NCBI GenBank assembly: GCA_012295275.1
Contig: CM022677.1
Location: forward strand, 2,046,001-2,110,000
DNA from: Chrysomallon squamiferum
Lineage: Eukaryota; Animalia; Mollusca
Direction: 5' to 3'
Length of the DNA: 64,000 nucleotides
The position numbers and the translations under genes were made by a program. The notes below the pieces were generated by a model. That model was not told the origin of the DNA. It saw only the letters and a list, made by a program, of their open reading frames with translations, and ran no database searches. This document shows, in pieces, positions 26,255 through 41,677 of the stretch (position 1 is its first letter; each line of letters starts with the position of its first letter).

Positions 26255-26900
26255 GTGTAAACAGCCTGACCTCGATATACAGTTTATCACGATTTAAGAC
26301 CAGTCTTTTCCCTTGCCTTTTTGCTGTAATGTGGATATAGAATTTTCTCCTGTCATTAATTTATTTCAGGAATTGTTCATTAACCGTCAATTGCTTCTTT
26401 ATCAGTGTTTTGGGTGCAGCTCTTCTCACAATTTATATAAAATGAATTTAGCAACAACAGGCCTTATATATACACATCTTCCCCAGTCGATTCACTCTGT
26501 CAAAGTCAGTATTATTTTCTACTTTCTTTTTTTATAAAACTTTTCAACTCCTTGTCTGTGTCTTCCTCATCTTCCTCTGGTATCACACTAAACATTACAT
26601 TGTCGCAATGAAGTGAGTTTGTAGGTCATTGTGTTTATCTCTTAAGATTCGAAACTCAGTTTCTACTTCACATGTTTGTTGTTTCATACTGGTATTATTA
26701 TCTCTCATTTCACGAGTAGAACTGTTCATATCTAAGTCAACAGATTTCAAATCTCCAAGATTGTTTTATTTCTTTCAAACTGACAGTGAATATAATTCAT
26801 AATCTTTCCATATCTTGTACTTTTTTCTTAATATCAATCATTTTACCACTATATCTTGTACAGTTATTTTCATACCATTCAGTTGTTTTTCAATCATGTC
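26255..26900 (-). mobile_element. CR1/L2-type LINE ORF1 relic
   Basis: Broken frames give DNVMFSVIPEEDEEDTD, DFDRVNRLG, RPVVAKF, VNEQF and RDKLYIE, typical of L1-like RRM ORF1 proteins of CR1/L2 elements. Confidence 0.65.
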
Positions 26901-29214
26901 TAATTTTTCCAGTTTATCATACATTATATCTAACTTTCTAGTCAAAGATTTAAAAGAGTTATTCTATCAATTTTTGTTTTCCCATTCATTTTGATAGACC
27001 TTGTTGGAATACGCACTGATAGCAATTTTCCATTGTAGGAATTTCAACCATACTGTTGATTTGGTTTCTTCAACCCAAGCTCTATCTCCTGTAACTGGAA
27101 AAGCAAACAATGAACTTAACATCTTTTATATGTAGGAATGTTACTTCAATTTGAAATCTATCTTTGGAGATTATTTGCCGAAGAATTTGTTTTATTTTGT
27201 TTTTAGATTTCCTAGATATATATTCTAGCAGGACAAAGCTTGATCAGATGCACTTTTCTTACTTGGTTTAGTTACTGATTCAGCAGACAGTTCTGTTACA
27301 TCTCTCACATAGTTAAAATTAATAAGGACTGATAGAGCATCAGCAAACTGCGAATTCTTGTCATATGCCACAGAGTTGCATAGTTTAAAAATATATCTGT
27401 CCACATCCCTAAATAATTTTTTTTTTTTTTTAATAATAATTTTTAAACCTTTTATACACACTAAAATTAAGTGGTTAAATACAGCAGATAGAAGGAAACA
27501 ATTCTTCAACATTTCAAGCAATAATACGCATGATGTTATGTCAGCCATTTTAGTTATAATACAAAATAATACATTTCAAAAGATAGTCATCATTAACAAA
27601 TATACTCCAGACTGATGATTTGTGACAGTTCACTGAATACTTCCTGCTTCTTTTATTTATTCCTCCTCATGTATTCTGCAAGATGAAGGCCAAAATGTCC
27701 TTGTGTGCAATGAGTACTTGGTAGTTATCTCCTATCACACACACCTGTTTTCACTTAAGTTGGTACATGCCTTGGTTGTTGGATCTGATGAATAAGCATA
27801 TAATTATAATATAACAAATTGTAATAATTAAGAAAAGATATCTTGTTTCATGACGAATTCCCCCAAATTGTGTCAAACTTTGCTTCGTCTGTTTCAACAG
27901 GACAACCTTTTCCACCTGTTACGTTATTTCCCACTCAAATTTCACAACAGTAGTTGTAACAGAAATAGTTTCAGATGAAGTTTCTTTATGTCCTTTGATT
28001 TCTTCTTTGGGAATGGTGGTTTCTGTTTGAGCAATTTCTGTCGGATATTGTCTTGAAAAACTACATACTTAACAAACTTCTTCTTATGGATAGGTTTGAC
28101 GCCTCAAAACCATGTACCTTTTCTTAAAAGCACCTGATTTTTATGTTTGGGTTTACAAATCTGTTTATTGAACTGAAATCAAAAATGCAAGTAATTATGA
28201 TTTTTGCTTTTGTCTTTACAAATGTTTTTATTAAACTGAAGTTGATAATGTGAGTAATTACAATCTTTCCATTTCACTGATGTTAATTTGTTCAAATCAC
28301 ACATTTACAGTTTGGCATCTCACAATTTTTGGTAGAAGTTTTAAATTTTGACAAAAGTTTATTGCTTCCTCCTTGGTTCTAACTTCACTTCGTAGTTAAA
28401 TAAATTGTAATGCTTCAGTATAGGGTATGAACAACAGGGTCTATCGTAGCTGTTACAGGTTCTTCAATAGTGTTAAACAGATCAGCATTTTGTCAAACAA
28501 ACAAGATGTGGTGGGTAAAGTTTTGCTGTAAAGTAGTCCGGTGGCAGGGACTGATAAGTGTGCATTGCGGTCTGTACAAAGTTTTGTTGCTGTTTCTATA
28601 CCTCCGAGATGTGCTCTTTAACAATCTGAATGATGCCACTCTGTCATCCTTGGGCAACCCGCACAATATGCAAATTAAGGCCGCCATTACTGAAAATCTT
28701 GTTTTCGTCAATATCTCAGTAACTATGCATGGTATCAAAATAATTTTGGTGTCTATACACGTTTTCAGGGGTAAAGAATCAGATTAAACCTTTACAGTAT
28801 TGATCACACCAATATTTTCTGCAAAATATGCAAAATCAACTTCAGTGTATATCCGAGTCGTTACAGAACATCCCCTTTACTTATGCTGATGCATGTTGCC
28901 ATTACTGATTTGACTCAGTCCTCAAACAAGTCACTTTCAACAACATTGTCACAGTCATCAACCCGTCTTCATCATGATGTCTTCGTGCGGGCGGAACAAG
29001 AGGCAGACTGGCCACTCCACCTCTAGGCAGTAGAGCAAATGATGCCAAACTTTTTTGCCTCTGCTCACTTTTGAATACTTTTTGAATACTTATTAGGTGG
29101 TATGGCATCAACCTCATCATCACTGGATATATTCCTTTTCTTTCTATCATTACTCGTTTTACAAATGTATCTATTAAAAGGGTTTGATATGGTCCTTTTT
29201 TAAGTTTATAAAGC

Positions 29215-29440
29215 ATGAGTCTTTGAAATGTGGCTGGGGCTCCTGATAAACCAAAAGTCATTCTCGTGTATTCAAACAAACCCATTGGAGAGATCAGTGC
29301 AGTTTTGTCTTTGTCTTTATCCTCAGCTGCAACCTGGTTGTATTCACTGACCATATCCAGTATAGTAAACCACTGAGCTCCATACAAAGCATTTAATGAC
29401 ATCTATTCTAGGTAGTGGAAAGCAGTCTTTCTTAGTTTTA
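29215..29440 (-). mobile_element. Ty3/Gypsy reverse transcriptase fragment
   Basis: FPLP.. then LNALYGAQWFTILDMVSEYNQV..DKDKTA..GLFEYTRMTFGLSGAPATFQRLM. Confidence 0.88.
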
Positions 29441-30119
29441 GCTACATGGTTTTTATTTCCAGCCAGTATACAGACTGCATCTTATGGCTGGCTGCAGGTT
29501 TTATAGCTTGGTCTCTGGCAGAACCAAACACGTATATCAATGTTTTTTTGTCTTTTAGAGACCGGTTCACTGGTTTTAATTTCTAAACATTTAATATGAC
29601 CTGCTAATGTCATGTGACATTCAAGATTAGGTTTAAATATATAGTTAATTTGATACTATACATAAGCTTTCATATCTGGAACAGTTTTCCCTTGTACAAT
29701 TTATTGGTAGATTAAAAGTGCATTTGTTAAACTTTGCACGTGGCAACCACCACTTGAAATGGGACAACCACCACTTGACTTCACACCAGACTAGTCTCGA
29801 TAAACCACGATGTTTGGAACAAACACGGATTGGAATGTATGCTACACTTTTGAAACCACTTTAAACTGATGCTTGTTAACCAGACTAGTTTTGTTTTTAA
29901 TTTGGTAATGTTTTACTCGTTGATTATTCAGTTCAATAGAATTTTGGAAATATTTCACGTGAATCCAAACAGATGTGGATGTTTTATGTTGGTGCAAATC
30001 AGATTTGGAGATTCGCGCACATTCTTAGCCCTGGAATGAGATAAAGATGTATGTATGAGAGAAGAGAGAGAAAGATAGAGGTATTCACCATATTCAGTAT
30101 TGTCAGTATATATATATAT

Positions 30120-32190
30120 ATCAGATAAATGCATTTTGTTATAAAAATTACTAAATTTTATATTTAATATTGATGTTAAATATGTTACGTATCTCACTGC
30201 AATATTGTTCAGGTGCTGTCTAGAAAGTGAATTTACATCATGGAGTAGGATGAATCAGCTGTTACAGAAACCATTCTCATGTAGTCTGCACCATTCTCAG
30301 TTGTGAGTTTATTTTATTTTTGTGTTGTCAACAGAAAAATAAGTTTTGTAATAGTTCTTAATTAATTATAAAATAGTGTAATAATATTCAGTTATTTGCT
30401 GTTGTTTTGTTGCATTACTCGGTAACATACTTTATTAATCACAAAGCATGTCAGAAGTATTAGTTATTTATTTCTAACTGTTTATTATTGTTTTTTACTT
30501 TTTTAGGTATGCATGTACAGCTCTAACTCATGTGCTGATGTTGGCGTATGCCACAGATTTGTTTCAGTAGAGAATGAAATCTGGGCTGCATATTTTGTAT
30601 AATTTATCATATAATGCAATGAGACCTCTGATTTTACATTCAGCATTTTGAACAATAAATTTTTAAACTTTCAGACAAATTGCAACTTTTAACACATCCA
30701 GTGAACTTCCATCAGACACTGAGGACACTTTAAAATTTAGATATATTAAATTTATGAATGTTCATATATAGTTTAGAGAGATGTGCTGTTATTGTTCTTT
30801 AATTTTATATTTCACGATCAACAAAATCACAAATTGTATAGGAAATCTCTCTCTCTCTCTCTCTAAAGAAAGTTAATATTAAACAAAATTTTAGATGCTT
30901 TGTTCATTTTTTAAAATACAAAGAACTAGCAAAAAATATGCGATGTATAGTTCTTAAATAAAATAGTTCTTGTTTATTTTAGATTTCTTCTATTTTTGCA
31001 GAATTTATATTTATCAATAATCAGGTTATAACGATATTTATTTAAAAGATACTGTTTAATTTTTTAATTCAGAATTTAGACTATTAAAAAAATACTTATC
31101 TTTAATTATTCATTACCTCACACTGTATGTGTTAATCAATATGTCTGTAAGCAAGCATGCACATTTGAAATAAAATAGCTAAAATATATTTTTGTTAACA
31201 AACATTCATTTGTATCTGCAAATGGCATTGATATATATAATAGTAAATAATGTTATTAATAAAGGCAATAAAAAACTAAATTATTTTTTTATTTTCCTTT
31301 TTCAGGAACATACCACAAAACAGACAGGTGGTGTTACCTAAACATCAGAATGGGACACACACAGACAGCAGACAGACAGAGAGGTTTCTCAAAAAACTGG
31401 TATGAAAAACACACTCATTAACTTTTCTGTTCAACAATTTACTTACATTCTTCTCAGTTTTGGTATTGGTCAAATATTCTCAATACAGAGTAAGAAAAAC
31501 AGACTAGTGCAAGGATAGTCTACAGTAACAAGTAAATTAACTGTGGTATACAAATAGCAGGATAACTTAGTTTACTTCCCTGTTTCCTTATTTCCATTTG
31601 CATTGTTTCATTTTTTGTTAGTTTATATTTGTACTAAGAGTAATGAAAACCATTTCTTGTTTTGTTTTCCACTCCCAGAATGCAGTACACTTTATTGTGT
31701 TTTTATTTGAAAGTTTAATCATTAATTTTGCCTTGTCTTAGATTTTACTATAATTTGATGATTCTAAAAAATTTGTATAGTTATAATTTATTAATTTAAA
31801 AAATAAATAAATTATCCGGATAAAACATTAGTCATTAATATATGTATCTATCAGAAAGAGAAATATTTTGTATCAACAAAGGTAAATAAATAAAAACTTG
31901 TTTTTCAGAAACTGCTCAGTACACAAGAAGAGGTAATTCTGTGAGTTCACCACAGGAGAGAAATGTCATCAAAGAATCTGTACTAGCCTGGCAGGAACAG
32001 AAGCATCTGCAGAGGTTGTCATTGTTCTTACAGTAACAGCAGTAGTAGTAGTAAACTCATTGTTGTAGTGTAGTTGTTATAGCATTAGTACTTAATAATA
32101 ATCATTCTTGTTTCTAGTAAAAGGTAATATTTTAGCCGACGATGGTTTCTGATCATAATGTATCCTGTGGGACTCACAGTCAGAAAAATA
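30120..32190 (+). pseudogene. CAMSAP: CAMSAP-like pseudogene, copy 3 (multiple deletions)
   Basis: Collinear pieces of 5980-9330 with the shared SRK* stop and an extra TAG. The upstream intron matches 17878-17945. Confidence 0.82.
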
Positions 32191-32738
32191 TTTGTTATAG
32201 TTGTAATGCGCTAAAATATCGTTGGTTACAAGTGTGTTTAAAGCAAGACATTATCTCTCTTTTAAGTGATCATTTACAATCTAGGGCTTCACTCATTTTT
32301 GTTTTTCAGTCAGTCTATAGCAAAACAAAATCGTTGCTAGGCACGAATCCCTGTTGAAATAAATGTGTTATGTATACGTGTTATATCTACGTGTTATCTT
32401 CTTCCACTCAAGGTAACTACACACACTCGTCTTAGATATTTGCAGTACGAGATCTTGTTATTTATCTTAACAACAAATAAGTAATTGGTATTATATGGTA
32501 CAAACGGTTGAGAGAAATTTTAATTTTGTAATATGTCTAGTAAAGATTTAATGCATATCTTTTGATTATGTAAACACCTTCAGACATTCTGTAAATATAT
32601 CATAACAATTTAGCGACAGAAAATGCAAAAATATGCAGTTTTAAATTATTTTTCTGTTTATGCACATTTGTATGTTTCTTACAGTAACACATATTTGAAT
32701 TTATTTGACAAACTTTTACTACTAGGAATGTCTAGAAC

Positions 32739-32796
<58 letters not shown>

Positions 32797-34681
32797 GATA
32801 TTATTGATATTGTAGAAAGTTATCTATTTAGCACATTAATTTACTTCAGTTGTTTTTTTATATTAAAATGGATTAGCATACAGAAACAGGGTCACCATTT
32901 GTCCCTGCTTCCGACCTTAAACAAGGATAACGCAAAATCTAGTTTCCAACATGGTTGCCTAATAATGGCCGCGAACCCGACCGTCATAAGCGTTCTGTGT
33001 GTCTTTGTCTTTTCTTTGATCCCCCCCCGGGCTCTTTTGTCTCTTACTTATATAAACTTAATGCGTATCAGTGGCGGAGCCGAGAAAAATTCCTTTTGTC
33101 TCTCGCTAATGATAGTTATTTGTTAAAAGATTTCATTAATTGGATTACTGTTAACTAACAATACATATTTGATTAATATATACTGTTAGGAATTTTTGTA
33201 GAAATGAATGGGCAACATATTCACTTACTTTAACGATGCATACAGTTTAGCTATGATATCTTAGACTGTATTAAAGTAAGCTATTTAAGTAAATAATCAT
33301 TATGTTACCGATATTATCAAAAACAGTATCTTAATGGTACAACAATATAAAATATTATAATAAGTAAAAAAAAAAAGAAATAGCTACCAGCAGATTCTAC
33401 AAGAAGGTAGAAATTAAATTGCAATCCGTGGTTTAATAAATCAGTTGGGACCAATTTTCTAACTTAAACACCACAGAAGACAGTACATCTAAATATCGCT
33501 GAGAAATCTTTCCACAGCTTGATCGAGGATCCTATTACGGTATAGCTAAGGTCTCTACTGCGTGAGGTAAAAACCAGTTTACCGTCATAGTTGTATTATT
33601 TTATACTGTATTTTATGTGATGAATTAAAAGAAAAGAAAATAAAGAAAGAAAGAAAACAAATACAAATAAATAATTTAAAAAAAAATAAAAATAAACACA
33701 AATTAAAAATAAAAATTATTTCTACAAGTGATGAGTAGAAGTGTTAATATTTGAACAATGATTATTTTTTTTTTTTATTTTTTTTTTTAGATTTATATTC
33801 AGGCCCTATATATATATTATATTATAACACACACACACACACACACACACACAAGAAATAACAAACGTGGTTTTTGTCACATCTGCGTTTTGGTCGCTTT
33901 GACTCAAAACATGTACAAGTAAAAGAGTGTCCCATATTTTCTGATTAACCATTACATTGCATTTTTCACGATCGTAGTATAACGTTTCTTGTCGCCAGTA
34001 CTATTAGCACTCTAACCTGCATAACAGACACTTTTTAGCGACCTGTTTAAAGATAAATATTTTACAGACAAAATAAGTAATGACAAATATATCTAGTTAA
34101 CAGGTTTGAAAGACACGTTACATTATACGGCACACATTGTATGTAACAATATATGTGCATGTATTTACTGCTAAAGGTGGCCTGACCTGTACGACATCTG
34201 ATTTCAGTCACGTATTCATGAGCAGACGACATTGTAAACAGCGATACACAGAAGATATTTCAGTGACCTGTCAAACAGAACGTTATCAGTTCCAGGAAAA
34301 CACTCACCAAGCAAGGACGTACTTTCTTACGAAGACGGCCATTTTGAAATTTGAAGGTATTTTGCATTTTATTGTAGTTTAACATATGCCGTACTATTAT
34401 TACTTTGCTTCAATCAGATCACACATATTGAACCTGTAATCTATTTTGTCAAGGCTATATATTTTTTGTGTGAATTTTCTTAAACGCGTCTTTTTTTTAA
34501 ATTTTGTATACCTAACACAATGGTGTATGAGAAATATCGAACAATATTAATAACAACACTAATAATAAATAAAACAAATAATAAGAAGAAATAAAAATAA
34601 TAATGGTATAGTCATTATAATAATATTAGTAGTATAAGTAGCAGTTGCAGTAGCAGTAGTTGTAATACTATCACCTAAATA

Positions 34682-35026
34682 CAGGTACTGGATCAATTAT
34701 CGGGACTCCTTAGGGCCTGAGGCATTCCGAATTTCTGGATTTTCCGGTTTTCTCGTGCCAAGGCGTCTAAATTCGTAAATATACTAGGTATAAACCTTTT
34801 AAAATTAAAAAATATAGAAACAGAGAAAACTGACGATACACAACTTTGGCGACTCGATATGTAAACAGTGCGGCGAGTGAATGAACACCACGCGGCTTGA
34901 AAGAGTAGTTCCGGTCTGGTGAGGACAAAAACTGCGCGCGCAAAGTATGAAAATTGCGTCGGGAAATAGTTCCGGTTTTCTGGTCTTTCGTGATTTCAGG
35001 ACGCCGGATAATTGGTCCGGTATCTG
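34682..35026. mobile_element. Tc1/mariner-pogo type MITE
   Basis: TA|caggtactggatcaattatcggg ... ccggataattggtccggtatctg|TA: imperfect ~23-bp TIRs with a TA target duplication. Confidence 0.8.
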
Positions 35027-35893
35027 TAGAGATCAGTGTATCGTTTATAGTTTATACTGTATCTGGTTACTTCGTTTTATTTTGTGTCATTTTATTTATT
35101 TATTTATTTATCGATAAGTAAGTATCTGTTTTGAAACTACAATGTATTTTATATTGTGTTAATTTAATTTAATTTAATTTATTAATATTATTACTATTAC
35201 TATTATTATTATTGATAATATGATACATATAATAAACAGTATTACAGCGTGAGGCTTTTCAAAGATATGGTACGTGCCAATAGAAGATGTGATAATATTA
35301 TCTCATATAAAAGTATTATTTTCTATTTACGAGTTTGTTAGTTTGTTCTGTTTATTGGAAAAAAAATTGGGTTGTCTACATGTTCTTTATTGAAATAATG
35401 ACAAATGTAAATAATTTCCTATTTTCAAGGGTTCATTTCTACACTTATGGGCAGAGAGTTTGTTAACAATAAATTTGTCAGATAGTTGTAAATAACACCC
35501 GAGTATACCTTTGTGTTTCTCATATAGCTGTGGCACGCTATTTTTATCTGACCTACATTACAAACAAACGTCACGTGTTAGCTTAACTTGATATACTGGT
35601 CATGCAAGCATCGTCAGAGAAATAAAATATGTACACGTATATTTAGTGCACTGTAAAATTTATTTCTTCTTATTGTTGTTGTTGTTGTTGTTTCTATTAT
35701 TATTATTATTATTATTATTATCATCATCATCATACAGATTTTGTAACTTACGTATAAACAATGCAATCTAATAGTACTTAACCTATTGAATTGTTGTAAT
35801 CAATTTTAAAGAAGATTTATGTAAGATGAGTATACATATATCTCGTTTCATTATTTTATTCTGACATTGAAACCTAACAACGTGACACTTGAT

Positions 35894-36065
35894 CTGTAAT
35901 ACCCAAAGATTCAAGTACAAGGCCTAACACTGAGAAATAGTATAAGAAAGGAAGATATTTTGAATATGTAAACACAGATGAAACATAAACACTTTATTCG
36001 ATTTAAATATAAATCTGGATGCCCGGTGCCAGAGCCCCTTTGGCCCTCACCTCTGCACGCCACTG
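35894..36065. mobile_element. 172-bp hAT-like insertion with 8-bp TSD
   Basis: cacttgat is duplicated at 35886-35893 and 36066-36073. The paralogous site at ~40097 has a single cacttgat. The right end is ctgcacgccactg. Confidence 0.65.
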
Positions 36066-37339
36066 CACTTGATGACGTTTAAACTATTTGACGCCACTCG
36101 CGTTTATAACCAAAAGTACACAAAGCAGATATAAAACAATTCGGCCATATTGAAACTCTGTGATGTTTTTTATTTTATTATGTTTTAACTATTCCAGTGT
36201 TCTTAATTTATTACTGAATATATCAGAGTTTCTTCTCTAACAAATACATTATTTAAGTGTAAGGTTTTTTAAACTGAAATCAAACAAGGCTACGTATATA
36301 CTTACTTCAGTATGGTACTATTATTATTGATAGTAATAGTAGTAGTTGTAGTAATATCTTCAATGCTGGTACTACTATTACTAATACTACCTTATTAGAG
36401 TCCTCACTTTTTTATTGACTTCTTTTGCTGTTTATTGCTTACTTTATTTCATTTTGTTTTATTTTATTTTAATTTGTATTCATTTATTCTTAGATCGGTG
36501 ATAGCAGTGATCTACAGTTGAGTCGACAGACAGAAATTTGTATAAAATATTAATTTTGATAAATGATGATAAACTTTCTACATACTCATGATATTGTAAA
36601 ATAAATAATAATAAAAGATAGCATAATCTATTTAATGCTGTTAATTGCCAAGAAGTTAAATCAAAATGCAAACACAAACAACTAACGTTAAATGGATTTT
36701 AAGATATTCTGAACATGCGTTATTACATGGATAAGAATATCCTTGCAAGATAAATAATGAAACAACTAGACATGAAGAAAACTGAACTATTTGGGCAAAA
36801 TTATTTGTATGAAATATAAGTATGTCAGTTTTATTTTATTTTTCTATTTTATTTTTGCCATTATAATATTAAGGGTGTTTCTGACTATAATATTTATATT
36901 ACAAGCACTAGGAATGTGCAAACGATTCACAAAGTATACGTCACAAAAGATGTGCATGCATCTACGGTCGCTCGCATTTCCAGTTGTAGGACGTCAGATT
37001 TCAGTCACGTGGTTATCAACAGACATGTTTATTAACAGCGACATACATAAATTATTTCAGTGACGTGTTGTCAGCTCCAGTAAAACCACTCGCAAACAAG
37101 GAAGTATTTTGTGTAAACAGACAGCCGTTTTGAGATTTGAAGGTAGTTTACATTTCATTGTGATTTAATACATACCGTGCTATTATTTGGTTAAATTAAA
37201 TCAGCAATACAGAACATGTAATATGATTTATTTATTTATTTATTTATTTACTTTTAGATTCCTCACTTCAGTGATCTATAGAAAAACCGTCAAACAGAAA
37301 ATCTCACCAGAAAGTTCTTAAAGGTAGGGAGCATTATTG

Positions 37340-37456
<117 letters not shown>

Positions 37457-39330
37457 GTAATTGTCTATGAATGGATGAGTGCGCGCGATTGTGTGTGCCT
37501 GTCTGAATAGAATTATTTATATCAGGATTTGAAAATCGGTTGTCCAGAAATTATATATTCTTAACGGGGATGTATAGGTTCATTTTATTTTATTTGTGTT
37601 TGTTTGTTTGGTTGGTTGGTTGGTTGGTTGGTTGGTTGGTTGTTTGTTTGGTTTGTTGGTTGTTTGTTTGTTTGTTTGTTTGTTTGTTTGTTTGTTTGTT
37701 TGTTTGGTTGGTTGGTTGGTTGGTTGGTTGGTTGGTTGTTTGATGTAGGTTAAGATCTGTGATGTGATAACATTAAGGTTAGGGTGATAGTTCGTGTGGT
37801 ATTAGGATAATATTACACTTTGAGATAAAATTATGATGATGTTTATCACTGGTTCAGATGGACAGATATAGAGTTCGAATTCAAGTAAGTAATATCAGAA
37901 ACGTTGTATTTAGAGATAATTCAGGTTTGGTATTAGTGTCGGTTTAAGATTAAATTTAACGTTAAGATTGCTAATTCCTGTAAACAGTTTCATGTAAAAA
38001 TAGTATCCTGTATAAATAATATCCTGTTTAAAGGCTATCCTGAATAAACACTATCCTTTACGAGTCATCAATCTGTGAACGTGAAAAACCTGTTTTTAAA
38101 CAACCTTAAAACTAACTAAACACCCTCTTCTGCCAATCTCTTACAACCCTTTTTGTGTCCGCCATGACGTATTTTCTACATCATTTGTGTCTACCCTGTA
38201 GCGCTCTCTTTATCTGTATTGTCAGTAAGTATGTTAATACTGAACCAGACTCTGTGAAAAAACATTACTATGAATGAAAGTGTCCTAAAGGCCATTATCA
38301 ACACGGTTTCTAGTCGTAATTGGTTTATATATGAAACTGGTTAATAATAATTAAATTAAAAAGAAACAAAAATATATATTGCTTAAAGAGAGCCAATGGT
38401 TGATACATATTACTCTGTTCATCTAATTGTCTATATAAAATGGCACTTCCTGCTAATTGGAAAGAAGTACCCTTGATGTGGCGATTGCAGATTTACTCTC
38501 ATTTTATTTCAGCAGTCCTTAACAGCAAGTTTGACACAGACAAATCAGTTAACAAAATGTGTTTACAGTGTCGTTAATTAAAACATTTATTATATCCTTC
38601 CTTCTTTCTTTAATTTGTTTCTTCTTTTTGTCATTTTTTCATTCTTCCCTTTTGTTTAACTTAACTTTCGTATTGGTCTATGATCCGTTCCAACCAGTGT
38701 ATAAAATGTTATTGCATTTGCTTTCATCTACAATGACAAACATAAAAAAGTTATCGCTGTTATAGTTGTAGATGTGACAAGCAAACTGATCATTGCGAGA
38801 TTTTTAAAAGACATGAAAAAGTATAATCTAGACCCTGACTTGAAAAGTATATTGTCCGACAACGTAGTGTTACTAACCACCAAGTGTATGGAACGAGCCA
38901 ATAAAAATGTAATAATAATATTAGCTCGTAGAATTGTATTATTATTTATTTAAGAGTCTGTTTGTTGGTAGTAATTTTGTTGTCATTGTGTTTGTCTTTA
39001 TCGTCGTTATTGAAACTAGGTATCTTCTCACCGTTTAAATAACCTCACACGTTTTCTATTCAATCTATACACTTATGCGAAGACACTATATTGACAATGA
39101 ATTTGTCGGATTGTTGTAAATAACACCCATCTATACCTTTGTTCTCGCGCGATACACTGTTTTGATCTGACCTACATAAGAAACAAACAATCACGTGTTA
39201 GCTGTATCTTGATAGACTGGTCACGTGAGTATCGCCAGAGAAATAAGACATGCACACGATAAGATTAGAAGAAAAAAATAACCTCTGTATGCTGTTGTTG
39301 TTATTATTATTATTGTTTCTTGTATATGTG

Positions 39331-39380
<50 letters not shown>

Positions 39381-41266
39381 ATCTGATTTCTATATCTAGT
39401 ACTCCCTCAGAAAAATAAATACTGTTCGTAATAAATAAATAAATACACATTTGTGGCAGAAGTAATAATAGTAATACTAGTGGTAGTTGTAATGGTAGCA
39501 GTATATGTAATAGTAGAAGTTTCAATAGTAGAAGTGGCAGCAGCAGTAGTTGTAGTAGCATTATAGGAGTAGCAGCCGTTGTTGCGACAGTATTATTATT
39601 AGTAGTGATGAACTAATTCCATTATTGTTGCTGTGGTCTCTATGCCATGTTTTTATTTATCTGATTATTTCCTTTTATTTTATATATTTATTAATGTAGT
39701 CATAATTATTTTATTGTATTTAATTAATTAATTAATTAATTCAATTTATTTATTTATTTGTTTCTTTGTTTCTTTATTTATATCTCAGTTTTGAATAGTA
39801 GAAAAGTTAAACAGAAAGTACTCGTTTCAAAGAAATTACCGATTGTAGTTGGCATCGATATAGTTATAAACTATTAGTTTACTTATGTTTTTCCGCTTTT
39901 CCTTTTAAATTATCATTATTGTTGTTGTTGTTGTTGTTGTTGTTGTGCTTGGTTTTATAACACGAATGTGTTCAATGCAATAGGACTGCATTAAATTAAT
40001 ATAATCTACTTTAAGGAAAAATGTGTCTAAGATGAGGGTACATGTCTCATAGAACGATTTGTTTATTTTAATCTGACATTCAAACAGGAGATGTGACACT
40101 TGATGACGTAAAGCTATTTGATGTCAGTCAGCGTGTTTATCAGTGGCGGATTCTGATAGCTAAAAGTAAACAAAGCAGAAGTGAAATAAGTCGGCCATAT
40201 TGAAAGCGGATGACATTATATATTTTATTATGTTTTAATGATTCGAGTCTTCTTAGTTTAATTATTTTTAGGTATATCAGAATTAGTTCTCTAACAAATA
40301 GGTCATGATAGTGTGAGGTGTTCTTTTATGTTGACATCAAAAACATTACGTAAAGCCTGACTTGAAAATGTGTTCTCAGCGAAATTATATTTACAATTCT
40401 GGTGTATGGATCTTACGGATGAAGAATTTAATAATATTATCTCATATACTGATTTACTTTCTATTTCCTTTTTATTGGGTTTATTAGAAGTAATTCGGTT
40501 GTTGTTATTTTTGAATGTAGCGTCGTTACTGATATTATTTATCTTATTAATGTAGACAAATGCCTCTTTTGTTTCTTTCTTTTTCCGCACTTATGTGTGT
40601 AATGTATTAACAGTGAATTTATCACATCGTCCACAAGGATATATACATTTTAAACTTAACTTTTGTACGTGTTTATTATTATTATTACTACCCTATTATT
40701 TATTAAAGGCTTTTGCTATATTTTTAAATTTATTTTTAAGTCGGTTATACCTGCACTCTATAGTTGAGGTTAAACAAAATGTAGTCGCTTATCAGAAATT
40801 AGCGATCAAGAAGTTTTGAGGTAGGTAGCCATATTGAAATTACAATGTATTTTTTATTATTTCTATTTTAAAGCCATCGCATCTTCTTCCTCTATTTTTC
40901 TTATATTCTTACATAATGTTTCGTTTTAGATGTGTCAGAGACGGAAAAATTTGTTGTCTTTTCGAGGAGTAAACTGATATAAATGGCCATAAGTACATTG
41001 CTATTTGAAATTCGTTTGTTTACCTGATGTGACCAGACATTTCTGTTCATAATAATAATTAATGTTGTCGTTGACACCATCATAATAATCGTTCATATAA
41101 GCACAATGTATTTCGTTTTATAGTTTATCGATTTGCTATATATTTATCCGTTTTCTTTTACTTTCCTTTTCCTTTTCCGTTTTATTATTATTATTTTTTG
41201 TTCTTTCTTTTCGCTGTACTAATTCTTATAGTTGAATGTGTGAACAATTTCTTTCTCTCCCCATTC

Positions 41267-41330
<64 letters not shown>

Positions 41331-41355
41331 GCTGTTGTTTGTTTGTAGTTGAAAC

Positions 41356-41620
41356 ATGGCCACCTCATATCCGAACTCAGGTTGGCAGACAGGGAAGAAT
41401 CTGATGCAATGCATTGAACACGTTTTTCTTACAAGAACTCACACGGACGTCAGATTTTTAGTCGGGGAACATAAAACTGCTGTTGACGCGCATCAGTTTA
41501 TTCTGATCATTCGAAGTGAAGTTTTCAGTCAGATGTTGACTGGAGAAGTTCGCGAAAAATCAGATATTGTGATACCTGATGTGAAGGCAGAAATCTTCTC
41601 TGAGTTTTTAAAGTATGTTA

Positions 41621-41677
<57 letters not shown>

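Noticed and set aside
27640-28880. Possible piggyBac or other transposase remnants
   Set aside because: Only vague Cys/His spacing, with no catalytic motif or termini.
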